A stretch of DNA of 32,000 nucleotides from Promethearchaeota archaeon (GCA_030606485.1 JAUWGH010000004.1:30001-62000); one strand, 5' to 3'; shown: positions 18,897 through 29,282, numbered from the stretch's first letter. The notes: generated by a model not told the origin, from the letters alone. Program-made: numbers and translations.

Positions 18897-21002
18897 ATGG
18901 AAAATGATGCTAATAATTTAATTAATGAGAAAAGTCCATATTTACTTCAACATGCTGAAAATCCAGTTAATTGGTATCCATGGGGAGATGAAGCATTTGA
19001 AAAGGCTCGAAAAGAAAATAAACCAATATTCTTATCAATTGGATATTCAACTTGCCATTGGTGTCATGTTATGGCACATGAGTCATTTGAAGATCCAGTA
19101 GTGGCTGAATTAATGAATGAATTATTTGTTTCAATTAAAGTGGACCGAGAAGAGCGGCCTGATATTGACAAGGTCTATATGACTGTTTGTCAAATGATGA
19201 CAGGCCAAGGGGGATGGCCTCTCACTATATTTTTAACTCCTGATAAAAAACCATTTTTTGCTGGAACATATTTTCCTAAAGAAAGGAGATTTGGTCGAAT
19301 AGGTTTAATAGAATTAATTTTAAGAATAAAAGAGCTTTGGAAAACCCAAAAAGATGATATGCTTAGAGCAGCAGATCAAATTGCTTTTTCTTTACAAAAT
19401 TTAGATTTTAAATCGCCCGGAGATAAACTTAACGAAAAAACCATTAAAAAAGCTTATAATCAATTATTGAGTCAATATGATAATAAAAATGGAGGTTTTA
19501 ATAACGCTCCCAAATTTCCTACTCCACATAATCTTCTCTTTCTTTTAAGATTTTGGAAGCGTACTGGAAATAAAGAAGCTTTAGAGATGGTTGAAAATAC
19601 CCTTCAAAAAATGAGGCTTGGTGGTATTTATGATCATATTGGATTTGGTTTTCATCGATATTCTACAGATCCAGTTTGGCTTGTACCCCATTTTGAAAAG
19701 ATGCTCTACGATCAAGCTTTATTGGCAATTGCTTATACAGAAGCTTACCAAGCAACTAAAAAAAATGAATACGCAAATACAGCTAAAGAAATTTTTACTT
19801 ATGTCTTACGTGATATGACTTCACTTGAGGGTGGATTTTATTCAGCTGAGGATGCTGATAGTGAGGGTAAAGAAGGAAAGTTTTATGTATGGACTATTGA
19901 AGAATTCCAACAAATACTTGAAAAGGAAGAAGCAGAATTAGCAAAAACAATATTTAATTTAAAAAATCAAGGAAATTATTTAGTAGAAGCAACTCAAAAG
20001 GATTCAGGTTATAATATATTATTTCTTAAATCATCATTGACCAATCTTGCCAAAGAGTTAAATATTCCCAAACAGGATTTAAGGCATCATGTAGAAAAAA
20101 TTCGTGAAAAATTATTCAAAATTAGAGAAAAACGAATCCACCCTCATAAAGATGATAAGATATTAATTGATTGGAATGGGTTAATGATTGCTGCACTTGT
20201 TAAAGCATCTCAAGCTTTTGATAAATCTTTATATTTAAATGCGGCAAAAAAAGCATTAAATTTTATTCTTTCAAATATGCGGAAACCCAATAATAGATTA
20301 TTACATCGATATAGAGAAGGAGAGGCTCAAATTGATGCTTACTTAAATGATTATATTTTCTTAATATGGGGGGTTATTGAACTATATGAAGCTACTTTTG
20401 ATACTTCTTTTCTTAAAACCGCTCTGGAATTAAATAAAGTTGTAATTGATCATTTCTGGGACGATTACATAGGTGGTTATTTTTTTACGGCCGATGATAG
20501 TGAGATTCTTCTAACTCGTCAGAAAGAGATCTACGATGGAGCAATGCCATCAGGGAATTCCGTTGCTATGTTAAATCTATTAAGATTAAGTTATTTGACA
20601 GGAAATCATGAGTTCGAAGAAAAAGCGAATATTATAAGTAAAGTTTTTGCTGAACGAGTTAATAATTCACCGATTGCGCATACTCAATTAATGGTTGCTG
20701 TTGATTTTAGCGTTGGTCCAACCTATACAATAGTAATTGTTGGTGATGCTGAAGAAATTAATACGCAAGAAATGTTAGCATATATTCATAATCAATTTCT
20801 CCCAAATATAACATTAATTCAGAGAAATATCAAACAGGATCCTCCAGAAATCGATGTATTTATAAATTATATCCATAATTACAATAAAATAGATGATAAA
20901 ACTACTGCCTATATATGTACAAATAAAACTTGTAAACCACCAATAACAGATGTCAATAAATTGTTAAAACTTATTAATCCAAGATGGAATCAAAAGTTAT
21001 GA
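18897..21002 (+). CDS. YyaL/SPATA20-like protein (thioredoxin-like domain plus alpha/alpha-barrel)
   Basis: [66 protein letters not shown]. Confidence 0.92.
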   Translation: MENDANNLINEKSPYLLQHAENPVNWYPWGDEAFEKARKENKPIFLSIGYSTCHWCHVMAHESFEDPVVAELMNELFVSIKVDREERPDIDKVYMTVCQMMTGQGGWPLTIFLTPDKKPFFAGTYFPKERRFGRIGLIELILRIKELWKTQKDDMLRAADQIAFSLQNLDFKSPGDKLNEKTIKKAYNQLLSQYDNKNGGFNNAPKFPTPHNLLFLLRFWKRTGNKEALEMVENTLQKMRLGGIYDHIGFGFHRYSTDPVWLVPHFEKMLYDQALLAIAYTEAYQATKKNEYANTAKEIFTYVLRDMTSLEGGFYSAEDADSEGKEGKFYVWTIEEFQQILEKEEAELAKTIFNLKNQGNYLVEATQKDSGYNILFLKSSLTNLAKELNIPKQDLRHHVEKIREKLFKIREKRIHPHKDDKILIDWNGLMIAALVKASQAFDKSLYLNAAKKALNFILSNMRKPNNRLLHRYREGEAQIDAYLNDYIFLIWGVIELYEATFDTSFLKTALELNKVVIDHFWDDYIGGYFFTADDSEILLTRQKEIYDGAMPSGNSVAMLNLLRLSYLTGNHEFEEKANIISKVFAERVNNSPIAHTQLMVAVDFSVGPTYTIVIVGDAEEINTQEMLAYIHNQFLPNITLIQRNIKQDPPEIDVFINYIHNYNKIDDKTTAYICTNKTCKPPITDVNKLLKLINPRWNQKL

Positions 21003-22165
21003 ATGGTATTTGGGATGTTAAATCCGATGTTGTGAGAAGAGGAGATAATAATAGAGATGTTTCGCCTTTAACTGGCAAAACAAAAAAGGATGAAAACGGT
21101 TTCACGCATTATGTATTCAGTAAAGTTTTATTTAATAATCCGTGGTATGTCATCCCTGATGATGATATTGAATTATTCAAGAAATTTTTAAATGGAGGTT
21201 CAAGGCATTATCCATCCGATGGAATTATTCCTTGTGATATAGTTGCTAGGGAAACAAAAATAATTTTAAATAAAATAGTAGAAATCGCTAATGACCCTAG
21301 CGATAAATATTATGAAGATGCGCGTAAAGCACTAGAAAATGGTAGATATGCATTAGTTAGAGGGACTTTAAAAATTTATTTAGGCAAATACACTACGAGA
21401 GATTGGAGAAGAAAAAGATTTACTGATGATATTGACTTCTGGATTTACAAAATGGATTTATATGAGTATGTGTTAAAAGAAAATGGTTGGAAAAGGATAT
21501 CAGATACAAAAGAATGGGAAAAACAAATTCAATGGGTTAATCTTATTAGAAATGAAAGGGAAACAAAAATGCTTATTGCAGCAAATGACATAAACTTATT
21601 GTTGGATTTCGGGTCAGGAGCTTATCTTGAAGGTACAAGCCTAAAGGAAATTTTTAGCAAAAAAATAAAAAGAGGTCATGATGTTGACATTAGTGATTTA
21701 ATAAATGTAGCCATGTTTAATGGATTTGATTATAAACATTGCGGAGAGAGGCTTAGAGAAAAAAAGTGGCTTAAAGCTTGGATTGCATTTGAGGAAGCCG
21801 TTAATACAAGAAATACACGAACAACTTCGAATTTGATAAGTCTTTGTCGATATTCGTTAGGAATTGCTGATCACTTAGAAAGGGTTGCAAAATCGATAAA
21901 TAAATATCATTATAAAATTTTTGATAAATCTGAATATCCAGATAACGAATTAGAGATAATATGTAGAATATCAATTCATTGGATTGAATTTCTTTCGTCT
22001 CATGGTCATGATAACACTCGGAAAATGATTCATGATTATTTAATAGAGCAAAGAGATTTTAAATTTCAACACTCAAAAAATCTTAGGACTTTTACTGAAA
22101 AAATACTAAATCTTCTTAATTCTAAATATTCATATTTGAAAATCTTTTTTGAAATTGAAAATTAA
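20984..22165 (+). CDS. Hypothetical protein, probable Pol-beta-superfamily nucleotidyltransferase fold
   Basis: 393-aa ORF overlapping yyaL by 19 nt; RGT...RFTDDIDFW and [13 protein letters not shown] resemble the two signature motifs of AbiEii-like nucleotidyltransferases. Confidence 0.6.
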   Translation: MESKVMNGIWDVKSDVVRRGDNNRDVSPLTGKTKKDENGFTHYVFSKVLFNNPWYVIPDDDIELFKKFLNGGSRHYPSDGIIPCDIVARETKIILNKIVEIANDPSDKYYEDARKALENGRYALVRGTLKIYLGKYTTRDWRRKRFTDDIDFWIYKMDLYEYVLKENGWKRISDTKEWEKQIQWVNLIRNERETKMLIAANDINLLLDFGSGAYLEGTSLKEIFSKKIKRGHDVDISDLINVAMFNGFDYKHCGERLREKKWLKAWIAFEEAVNTRNTRTTSNLISLCRYSLGIADHLERVAKSINKYHYKIFDKSEYPDNELEIICRISIHWIEFLSSHGHDNTRKMIHDYLIEQRDFKFQHSKNLRTFTEKILNLLNSKYSYLKIFFEIEN

Positions 22166-22286
22166 AAGATAATATACTTACTATAGAAATAATTGATGAT
22201 TTATTTACAAGAATAGACTTAAGTCTCTCAAGAGAATTGAATTCATCTTTAGGAATTCATAAAAAAATGTAAAATAAAAAATAATT

Positions 22287-23081
22287 TTATTTATCTTCAA
22301 GTAATATTACTTTATCCACAAATAACTCGTAATTATTATCTTCATCGAAATCGTGTATGACAACCTTCTCTACATCGTCAAATCCCCTTACTTCTAGAAG
22401 CTCAGATTGGTATAAAATTTTTACATCAGATATTTTTAATTTTTCTTGTATTTCTGAATTACCAGGAGGAGATTTACTGTAAGTGATTAACACAACTCTT
22501 CCAGTGTATTTTGTTAATTCCAATGCGAGTTTTAAGGAATTGTCTCCGTTATCTACAATTAACACTCTTTCATCGTTAAATTCTGATAAATTATCTACTT
22601 TCTTATAAATACCCTTACCAAGAAACTCATTAAAACCTATGATATTTCTTTCTTCTAATTGACAAGCAGTAATTACATCAACTTCTGGGTTTGCACCGTC
22701 TCTATAATTTCGAATTGCTGCTTGAAGCGCATCAGCTGCCAAATTAGAACAATGCATTTTAATCGGAGGTAATCCCTCGAGTTCATCAGCCACATCAGAT
22801 CTTGTTATTTTATACGCTTCGCTAAGTGTTTTACCCTTTGCCATTTCAGTAATCATAGAAGAAGTCGCTACAGCAGAACCACAACCAAATGTTTTGAACT
22901 TAATATCTTCTATTATTTCCTCGCCTTTTTCGTTTTTGCCGACCTTTATATAAATCCACATAAGATCTCCGCATACTGGATTTCCAACTTTTCCCATACC
23001 ATCTGGAATTTCTATTTCTCCCATGTTTCTTGGGTTTCTAAAGTGATCTAATACTTTTTCAGAATATGCTGTTGATTTCAT
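22287..23081 (-). CDS. iscU: IscU scaffold fused to a degenerate thioredoxin-reductase NAD(P)H-binding-like domain
   Basis: N-terminal about 130 aa: CGD, GCG, LPPIKMHC. C-terminal about 130 aa aligns by eye with the TrxB middle domain (GFNEFLGKGI...VLIVDNGDNSLKLALELTKY...). Confidence 0.85.
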   Translation of the reverse strand: MKSTAYSEKVLDHFRNPRNMGEIEIPDGMGKVGNPVCGDLMWIYIKVGKNEKGEEIIEDIKFKTFGCGSAVATSSMITEMAKGKTLSEAYKITRSDVADELEGLPPIKMHCSNLAADALQAAIRNYRDGANPEVDVITACQLEERNIIGFNEFLGKGIYKKVDNLSEFNDERVLIVDNGDNSLKLALELTKYTGRVVLITYSKSPPGNSEIQEKLKISDVKILYQSELLEVRGFDDVEKVVIHDFDEDNNYELFVDKVILLEDK

Positions 23082-23082
23082 A

Positions 23083-24276
23083 TTATTCTTTTACCTCATT
23101 ATATTGTTTTAATAAATTAGGAGGAGTTAGCGGTGATAATACCCTTAATCTTTTGACTACATTAGGTAAAACCTCCATAACCTTCTCTACATCAGTTTCT
23201 TTTGTGTATCGACCCATTGAGAGAAGTAAACTACCGTGAGCTTCTTCATGTAGCAATCCCATTGCGATAAGTGTGTGGGATGGCTCTAAAGTTTTAGAAC
23301 TGCAAGCAGAACCTGTTGCTGCAGATATATTTTGATCTCTTAATAATAAGATTAATGATTCACCTTCAATATATTCAAATCTAAAATGAGCATTACTGGG
23401 AAGCCTTTTTTCTGGATGACCATTTAAATAAGATTTTGGTATTGACGATAAAATTCCCGAAATGAGCTTATCTCTAAGACGTTTTAAAAAATCTGCCTCT
23501 TGATTTATTTCTTGTTTCATAATTTCAGCTGCTTTACCAAATCCCACAATACCTTGCATATTTTCGGAGCCTGATCTCATACCTCTTTCTTGACCACCTC
23601 CTATAATAATAGGATTCACTCTCACTCCTTTTTTTAAGTATAACGCACCAACACCCCGAGGTCCATAAATATCGTTCGAAGAAAAAGTCATTAAATCTAC
23701 TGGAACTTTTTGCACATCAATAGGAATAACATTTTCAATTGCTACAGCATCTGTGTGAAACAAAATACCTTTTTCTTGTGCTATCTCGCTAATCTCCACT
23801 ATGGGTTGGAGAGATCCTACTTCATTACTAGCAGATGTAATTGAAATTAGAATTGTATTCTCTCTAATTAAACGTTTTAATTTTTCTATATTGATGACAC
23901 CAAATTTATCAACACCAACTCTTGAAACTTCAAAACCTTGTCTTTCTAAGTATTTTCCAAGATTTAATATCGAAATATGCTCAATCTCAGAAATTATAAT
24001 ATGATTTCCCTTTCTTTTTCTATTTAAAGCCGCACCAATTAGTCCTAAATTACTAGCTTCCGTTGCACTAGATGTAAATATTATACTATCTGGACTTGGA
24101 GCATTAATGAAATCAGCAATTTTTTGACGCGATTCTTTTAAGGCATTGGTAGCATCATCTCCATCAAAATGTAGAGATGCGGGATTTGCAAAAATTTTAT
24201 TATAATATGGTCTCATTGCAGATAGAACCCTTGGATCAACTGGTTTAGCTGCTTGATAATCTAAATATACACTCAT
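23083..24276 (-). CDS. iscS: IscS-like protein lacking the PLP Schiff-base lysine (HK->ND)
   Basis: YLDYQAAKP, EHISI, HTDAVA, SSNDIYGPRG, ATGSACSS (Cys kept). Confidence 0.9.
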   Translation of the reverse strand: MSVYLDYQAAKPVDPRVLSAMRPYYNKIFANPASLHFDGDDATNALKESRQKIADFINAPSPDSIIFTSSATEASNLGLIGAALNRKRKGNHIIISEIEHISILNLGKYLERQGFEVSRVGVDKFGVINIEKLKRLIRENTILISITSASNEVGSLQPIVEISEIAQEKGILFHTDAVAIENVIPIDVQKVPVDLMTFSSNDIYGPRGVGALYLKKGVRVNPIIIGGGQERGMRSGSENMQGIVGFGKAAEIMKQEINQEADFLKRLRDKLISGILSSIPKSYLNGHPEKRLPSNAHFRFEYIEGESLILLLRDQNISAATGSACSSKTLEPSHTLIAMGLLHEEAHGSLLLSMGRYTKETDVEKVMEVLPNVVKRLRVLSPLTPPNLLKQYNEVKE

Positions 24277-24336
24277 TTTATCAATTTTCCCTCCACTTTG
24301 ATTTTTGAAAATAATTTAATTTGTATTTTTTAAACG

Positions 24337-24699
24337 TTAAAACCACATAGTAGCATCTGCTTCTAAAACTAAATCGTTTAGAGTAGCAGCTCCAACAATT
24401 TTTGTTCCTGATATTAATTCAACTTTATCCAATCCTAACATTCTTTTTGAAGCTTCACAAACTAAAATCTCAACACCAGCTTCAAGAGTCTTGTCTAGCA
24501 TTTCTTTCACAGATGGGAATTCTCCTAGTTTTATTCTATTCGCTTCTCCAGGCATCAGTATTCGTAATCCTGTACCTAAATAATATACTTTTGCATCAAT
24601 ATCCATAGCCTTAGCCGTTTGAGCTAAAACTAATGGAGAATATTGTTTTTCAGGATTGTCACTGGTTTGAACATATAATATAAACTTTTTCTCACTCAT
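24337..24699 (-). CDS. DsrE/DsrF-like sulfur-carrier family protein
   Basis: 120 aa; PLVLAQTAKAMD, YYLGTG, GVEILVCEAS (conserved Cys), VGAATL; SD GGAGG. Confidence 0.85.
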   Translation of the reverse strand: MSEKKFILYVQTSDNPEKQYSPLVLAQTAKAMDIDAKVYYLGTGLRILMPGEANRIKLGEFPSVKEMLDKTLEAGVEILVCEASKRMLGLDKVELISGTKIVGAATLNDLVLEADATMWF

Positions 24700-24712
24700 T
24701 TCTTTCCCTCCA

Positions 24713-24964
24713 TTATTTTATTGGTTTTTTAAAGATAAATATTAAATCATTATCCTCCTTTCTAAAATCTAAGATCTCGGCACCAGTCCTTTTTGCCCAC
24801 CTATGCAAATCTTCATCAGCGGCAGGATCATCTGCTATAACTTTGAAACTTTGACCATCTTCAAGTTTTTCGTATAAATTTCTAACTTCAAATAAGGGTT
24901 CAGGACAATACAATCCTCTTGTATCTAATTTTTCGTCAATTTCTTTATTTTCTTCACTTTTCAT
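24713..24964 (-). CDS. tusA: TusA/SirA-family sulfur carrier
   Basis: LDTRGLYCPEP (CPxP), VIADDPAA...WAKRTG; SD AGGAG. Confidence 0.92.
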   Translation of the reverse strand: MKSEENKEIDEKLDTRGLYCPEPLFEVRNLYEKLEDGQSFKVIADDPAADEDLHRWAKRTGAEILDFRKEDNDLIFIFKKPIK

Positions 24965-25194
24965 TTTACGAGACTCCTAATGCAAATTTAAAATATTTAA
25001 ATTCCAAATTAGAAAGGATTTATTAATAAATTCTAATCCTTAAATAAAAACAAACCAGAAGAAACTTAAATATTCTCATTATTTTTTAATGAAAATATTT
25101 GTATTTTGAAATTACACAATAAATACTATAGGAATTAATTTTATAATATATAAATTTCAAGCAAAATGATGATTAAAATTCTATAATTGTTAAT

Positions 25195-25301
25195 TTATAA
25201 CTTATTAAGATAAAGTTGTTGATGATCTTTCGATTCCGCTAGAGAATAACTTCAACAAAAGCTTCTTGCAATTTTATTGAAAAACTATCAAATCTCATCA
25301 T
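25195..25301 (-). pseudogene. clpB: Probable clpB 5' remnant (frameshifted and truncated)
   Basis: MMRFDSFSIKLQEAFVE, then after a 1-nt shift YSLAESKDHQQLY, matching the ClpB N-terminus pattern MRxDxFxxKxQEA..EAxSLA...HQQ; GTGAT SD; 11 nt after the dnaJ stop. Confidence 0.65.
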
Positions 25302-25312
25302 TTTACATCACT

Positions 25313-26320
25313 TTATAATCCTAAATTTTTTAATTTTAATAATAATTCTTTCTGTTCTCCCGTTAATTTTTTGGGAACATTAATTTTTACTTTCACCAAT
25401 AAATCACCTCTTTGATCTGAATTCAATTTATAAAATCCTTGATTTTTTAATCTAAGAGTGGCATAATGTTGAGTTCTTGAAGGAATATTTACATTTAAAG
25501 TGCCCCCATCGATTTTAGGAACTTTAATTTTTCCCCCTAATGTTGCAACTGAGAAAGGTATTTCTTTTTCGATATAGAGATCATTGGTTCTTCTTTCAAA
25601 AATTGTATGATTCTCAATGTGAATTACTATATAAAGGTCGCCATTTGGACCACTATATTCTCCCAGCATACCTTTACCTTTAAGTCTTAATTTCTGATTA
25701 TCATGTACTCCTCTAGGAATTTTTATTGATAGGGTAGTTTTTTTATTAGTAGCAGGATCTATATATTGAACCTTTCTAGTACCCCCATGAAATGCTTCCA
25801 TAAAATTAATTTCCATATCATATCGCAAATCCTCACCTTCTCGAGGGATATTTGGTCTTACCCTTGTTCTTGTACTACCACTTCTTTTATTTGAAAAAAC
25901 ATCAAATATATCTCCTAAATCATTAAAGAAATCGAAATTGGATCCTGAGAATCTCCCCGAACTTCCCATATTTTTGAAAAATTCGCTAAAATCTCTAGGA
26001 TTTCCGGAGCTAGTATATACATAAGTTCCGTCAGGAGTTCTATTAAAATTTGAACGACTACTACCAGGGGTAGATTGATAATATGTTGAGCGATCACCAT
26101 CTACTACTCCAAATTTATCGTACATCTCCCTCTTTTTATCATCGTTCAAGACGCTATAAGCTTCATTAATTTCTTTAAATTTTTCTCCAGATTTTGGTTC
26201 GTCTGGATTTACATCAGGGTGATATTTTCTTGCCATTTTTCGGAAAGCACGTTTTATTTCTTCCTTAGTAGCGCTTTTATCTATTCCTAAAATTTTATAA
26301 TAATTTTTCTTTGGCAGCAT
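25313..26320 (-). CDS. dnaJ: DnaJ-family co-chaperone, type II/CbpA-like (no zinc finger)
   Basis: J domain with HPD, G/S/F-rich region, C-terminal substrate-binding domains, no CxxCxGxG repeats; SD GGGGTGA. Confidence 0.93.
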   Translation of the reverse strand: MLPKKNYYKILGIDKSATKEEIKRAFRKMARKYHPDVNPDEPKSGEKFKEINEAYSVLNDDKKREMYDKFGVVDGDRSTYYQSTPGSSRSNFNRTPDGTYVYTSSGNPRDFSEFFKNMGSSGRFSGSNFDFFNDLGDIFDVFSNKRSGSTRTRVRPNIPREGEDLRYDMEINFMEAFHGGTRKVQYIDPATNKKTTLSIKIPRGVHDNQKLRLKGKGMLGEYSGPNGDLYIVIHIENHTIFERRTNDLYIEKEIPFSVATLGGKIKVPKIDGGTLNVNIPSRTQHYATLRLKNQGFYKLNSDQRGDLLVKVKINVPKKLTGEQKELLLKLKNLGL

Positions 26321-26391
26321 TTTTCACCCCAGCACAGCTCTTAATTTAAAAAAATAAAAAGTTATTTAAAAAAAAAACAAATATTTTTATT

Positions 26392-28272
26392 TTAGGCTTC
26401 TTCATAATCTGTATCTACTATATCATCTTGTCCAGAAGCTTTTCGATATTGTTCAGCTTGTTTTTCATGTTCTGGTCTATCATCTTGCGGTATTCCACAT
26501 GAACCACCAGGATAACCTTTATGAGTCTGATTTTGATCATAAATCCTCGCTGAAACTTGATGTAAAGCAGTTTGTAAATCTTCCATTGCGTTTTTAATCC
26601 TTGAAGGATCTTCTCCTTCATAAGCTCCCTTCAACACTAAAACTTTTTGTTCAATAGTTGTTTTTAAGTCCCCGATTTTATCTTCGTGTTCTTTCATAAT
26701 TTTCTCGGTTTGATATATTAGAGATTCCGCTTGGTTTTTTAAAGATATTAATTCTTTGATTTTCTTATCTTCCTCAGCATATTTCTCGGCTTCTCTGATT
26801 TTTGCATCTATTTCTGATTCAGACATCTTTGTAGAAGCAGTAATAGTAATTCCAGTTTGTTTTCCAGTACCCTTGTCTTTTGCTTTTACATTTAAAATGC
26901 CATTTTCATCGATGTCAAATGTCACCTCTATTTGTGGCACCCCTCTCGGAGCTGGTGGTATCCCAGTTAAATGAAATGTCCCTAAAGTAATATTATCAGC
27001 AGTCATTGGTCTTTCACCTTGAAGTACATGAATTTCAACTGCAGGTTGATTGTCTGACGCTGTCGAAAATACTTCAGTTTTTCTCGTAGGAATTGTCGTA
27101 TTTCTTTCAATTAATTTTGTAAATACTCCTCCCAATGTTTCGACACCCAAAGAGAGTGGCGTGACATCTAAGAGTAATAAATCCTTAACTTCACCAGATA
27201 AAATTCCACCTTGTATTGAAGCACCCAGAGCAACACATTCCATCGGATCAATACCATGTTCTGGAGGCTTTCCAAAAAGTTCTTGGAACTTTTTTTGAAC
27301 GCTAGGCATTCTTGTAGGCCCTCCTACTAACAGAATCTTATCTATACTTGAAGACTGTAAGTTTGCATCGCTTAACGCCCTTTTAATAGATATCTCTAAT
27401 TTTTTTAAAATTGGGCTAATTAAACTCTCAAGTTTGGCTCTGGTTAAGGACATATTTAAATGTTTAGGTCCATTTGCATCCGCAGTAATGTAAGGCAGAT
27501 TTATTTCAGTTGTTAGCGTCGTGGATAACTCAATTTTTCCTTTTTCTGCTGCGTCTCTAATCCTTTCCATTGCTTTAGAATCTTTTCTCACATCAATTCC
27601 TTGTTCCTTTTGAAATTCTGTAGCAATATTATCTACCAAAATTCTATCCATGTCAGTTCCTCCCAATTGAGTATCTCCAGCTGTGGAAATGACTTCAAAT
27701 ACTTTATTTTCCATTTCGAGAATAGTTACATCAAATGTACCTCCTCCTAAATCAAGAACAGCAATTTTAATACTGATATCTTCCTTATCTAAACCATAAG
27801 ATACGGCAGCAGCAGTAGGTTCGTTAATTAATCTTCTTACGTTTAATCCAGCAATTTTACCGGCGTCTTTTGTGGCTTGCCTTTGATTATCGTTAAAATA
27901 TGCAGGTACCGTAATAATAGCTTCACTTACTTCTTCTCCTAAAAAGGCACTCGCATCTTTCTTTATTTTACTTAAGATCATTGCTGAAATTTCTTGCGGA
28001 GAATAATCTTTTCCATCGATTTTAACCTTATAATTCATACCCATTTTTCGTTTAATGGCAGTTATGGTTCTATCTGGATTAGAAATAGCTTGTCTACGAG
28101 CAGGTTCTCCTACTAATCGTTGTCCATCTTTCGTGAAGGCAACTACACTAGGAAAAGCTTTACCTCCAATAGTGAGTCCTTCAGCGCTCGGAATTAATGT
28201 GGGCTTTCCCCCGATTAGTACAGCAGCTGCAGAATTTGAAGTTCCCAAGTCAATTCCAATTATTTTTCCCAT
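26392..28272 (-). CDS. dnaK: Hsp70 chaperone DnaK
   Basis: [47 protein letters not shown]. Confidence 0.98.
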   Translation of the reverse strand: MGKIIGIDLGTSNSAAAVLIGGKPTLIPSAEGLTIGGKAFPSVVAFTKDGQRLVGEPARRQAISNPDRTITAIKRKMGMNYKVKIDGKDYSPQEISAMILSKIKKDASAFLGEEVSEAIITVPAYFNDNQRQATKDAGKIAGLNVRRLINEPTAAAVSYGLDKEDISIKIAVLDLGGGTFDVTILEMENKVFEVISTAGDTQLGGTDMDRILVDNIATEFQKEQGIDVRKDSKAMERIRDAAEKGKIELSTTLTTEINLPYITADANGPKHLNMSLTRAKLESLISPILKKLEISIKRALSDANLQSSSIDKILLVGGPTRMPSVQKKFQELFGKPPEHGIDPMECVALGASIQGGILSGEVKDLLLLDVTPLSLGVETLGGVFTKLIERNTTIPTRKTEVFSTASDNQPAVEIHVLQGERPMTADNITLGTFHLTGIPPAPRGVPQIEVTFDIDENGILNVKAKDKGTGKQTGITITASTKMSESEIDAKIREAEKYAEEDKKIKELISLKNQAESLIYQTEKIMKEHEDKIGDLKTTIEQKVLVLKGAYEGEDPSRIKNAMEDLQTALHQVSARIYDQNQTHKGYPGGSCGIPQDDRPEHEKQAEQYRKASGQDDIVDTDYEEA

Positions 28273-28324
28273 GTTATTTTCCTCTTTTTTAGTTTTAATT
28301 TTTATAAAATCTGTTAATTTTTGT

Positions 28325-28359
28325 TTGTCAACCTATGATTGACAACCATTATTTATAAA
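28325..28359 (-). promoter_or_regulatory. dnaK promoter: TATA box (28352-28359) followed by perfect inverted repeat TTGTCAA-N7-TTGACAA (28325-28345)
   Basis: Read directly from the sequence; the repeat begins 7 nt downstream of TTTATAAA on the minus strand and spans the expected transcription start. Confidence 0.65.
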
Positions 28360-28473
28360 GTATAAGCTTACATATTTAAATGTTTGTTTAATAATAAATA
28401 AGATTGTACTTGAGTTAAACAAAAAAAAAAAACATAACAAAAGAAAAACAAATAAAATATTTAATTAAAATAA

Positions 28474-28920
28474 TTAATATTCAAGATTTACATTCACTTC
28501 AATCCCGTCCCTAACAGCTGCGGTAACAGTGCAATAAGTCTCAAACATCTTCCTACATTGATCTGCCCTCTTACGGGCTTTAGGATCGTCAATTTTAGAG
28601 ATTATATGGACATTTACTTTTTTTACCCTTAAAAGCCCTCTATTATTCCTCCCAATTACTACTTCGGCTTCTGATTTTAAATCATCAATTGAAAAATTTC
28701 TTTTTTTTAAACAAAAAATAAAACTCGCACTTAAACACCCCAAAAGAGCCATTCCTAAAAGTCTAGATGGATTTGGACCCCACATATCTGCTTCTTGTTG
28801 ATTAGTTTCGTCAATATAGCAATCTTTAAGTGTCATTTTACCCAAGTCGCATTTAAATATCATTTCTTTTTCCAATTTTAAACCTACTTTTGTTTTTATC
28901 TCTTCCGGCATTATATTCAT
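28474..28920 (-). CDS. OsmC/Ohr-family protein
   Basis: GPNPSRLL...LLGCLSASF and CRKMFETYCTVTAAV; two conserved Cys. Confidence 0.85.
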   Translation of the reverse strand: MNIMPEEIKTKVGLKLEKEMIFKCDLGKMTLKDCYIDETNQQEADMWGPNPSRLLGMALLGCLSASFIFCLKKRNFSIDDLKSEAEVVIGRNNRGLLRVKKVNVHIISKIDDPKARKRADQCRKMFETYCTVTAAVRDGIEVNVNLEY

Positions 28921-29126
28921 ACATGTTTTTTATATTTCAATTATACATTCAATTTTTATTAAATATAAGAACTAGATTTATGTTTATTAAATTATTAGTA
29001 AATATAATTGAAATTATTGTAAAAAAAATATCAGAAAGGAAATATGGACCATAAAAACCTAATATAATTGGAGAAAGAGAAAAAATAAAAAAAATAAATT
29101 AATAATAAAAAGAGGATTAAATCAGT

Positions 29127-29282
29127 ATGGAAAATAAAATTAACCCAAATGAATTGAAAAAGACTAATTTTATTTGTACGGGATGAGCAATTATTGATAC
29201 TATATCATATCCATTTAGAAAACTAAAAAATTGGAGAAACTATAAGAAAACTAAAAAACAAAATCATAATCTCAACAATTAA
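29127..29282 (+). CDS. Small ORF with in-frame TGA in CxxU context (candidate 51-aa selenoprotein, or pseudogene)
   Basis: SD AGAGGA 10 nt before the ATG; MENKINPNELKKTNFICTG-[TGA 29184-29186]-AIIDTISYPFRKLKNWRNYKKTKKQNHNLNN-TAA. Confidence 0.35.

Noticed and set aside
20984-21031. Selenocysteine read-through of the yyaL TGA
   Set aside because: No Cys-equivalent context, the YyaL domain is already complete, and the next gene overlaps this region.
22215-22226. Palindrome AGACTTAAGTCT between convergent genes
   Set aside because: Single short element with no context indicating function.
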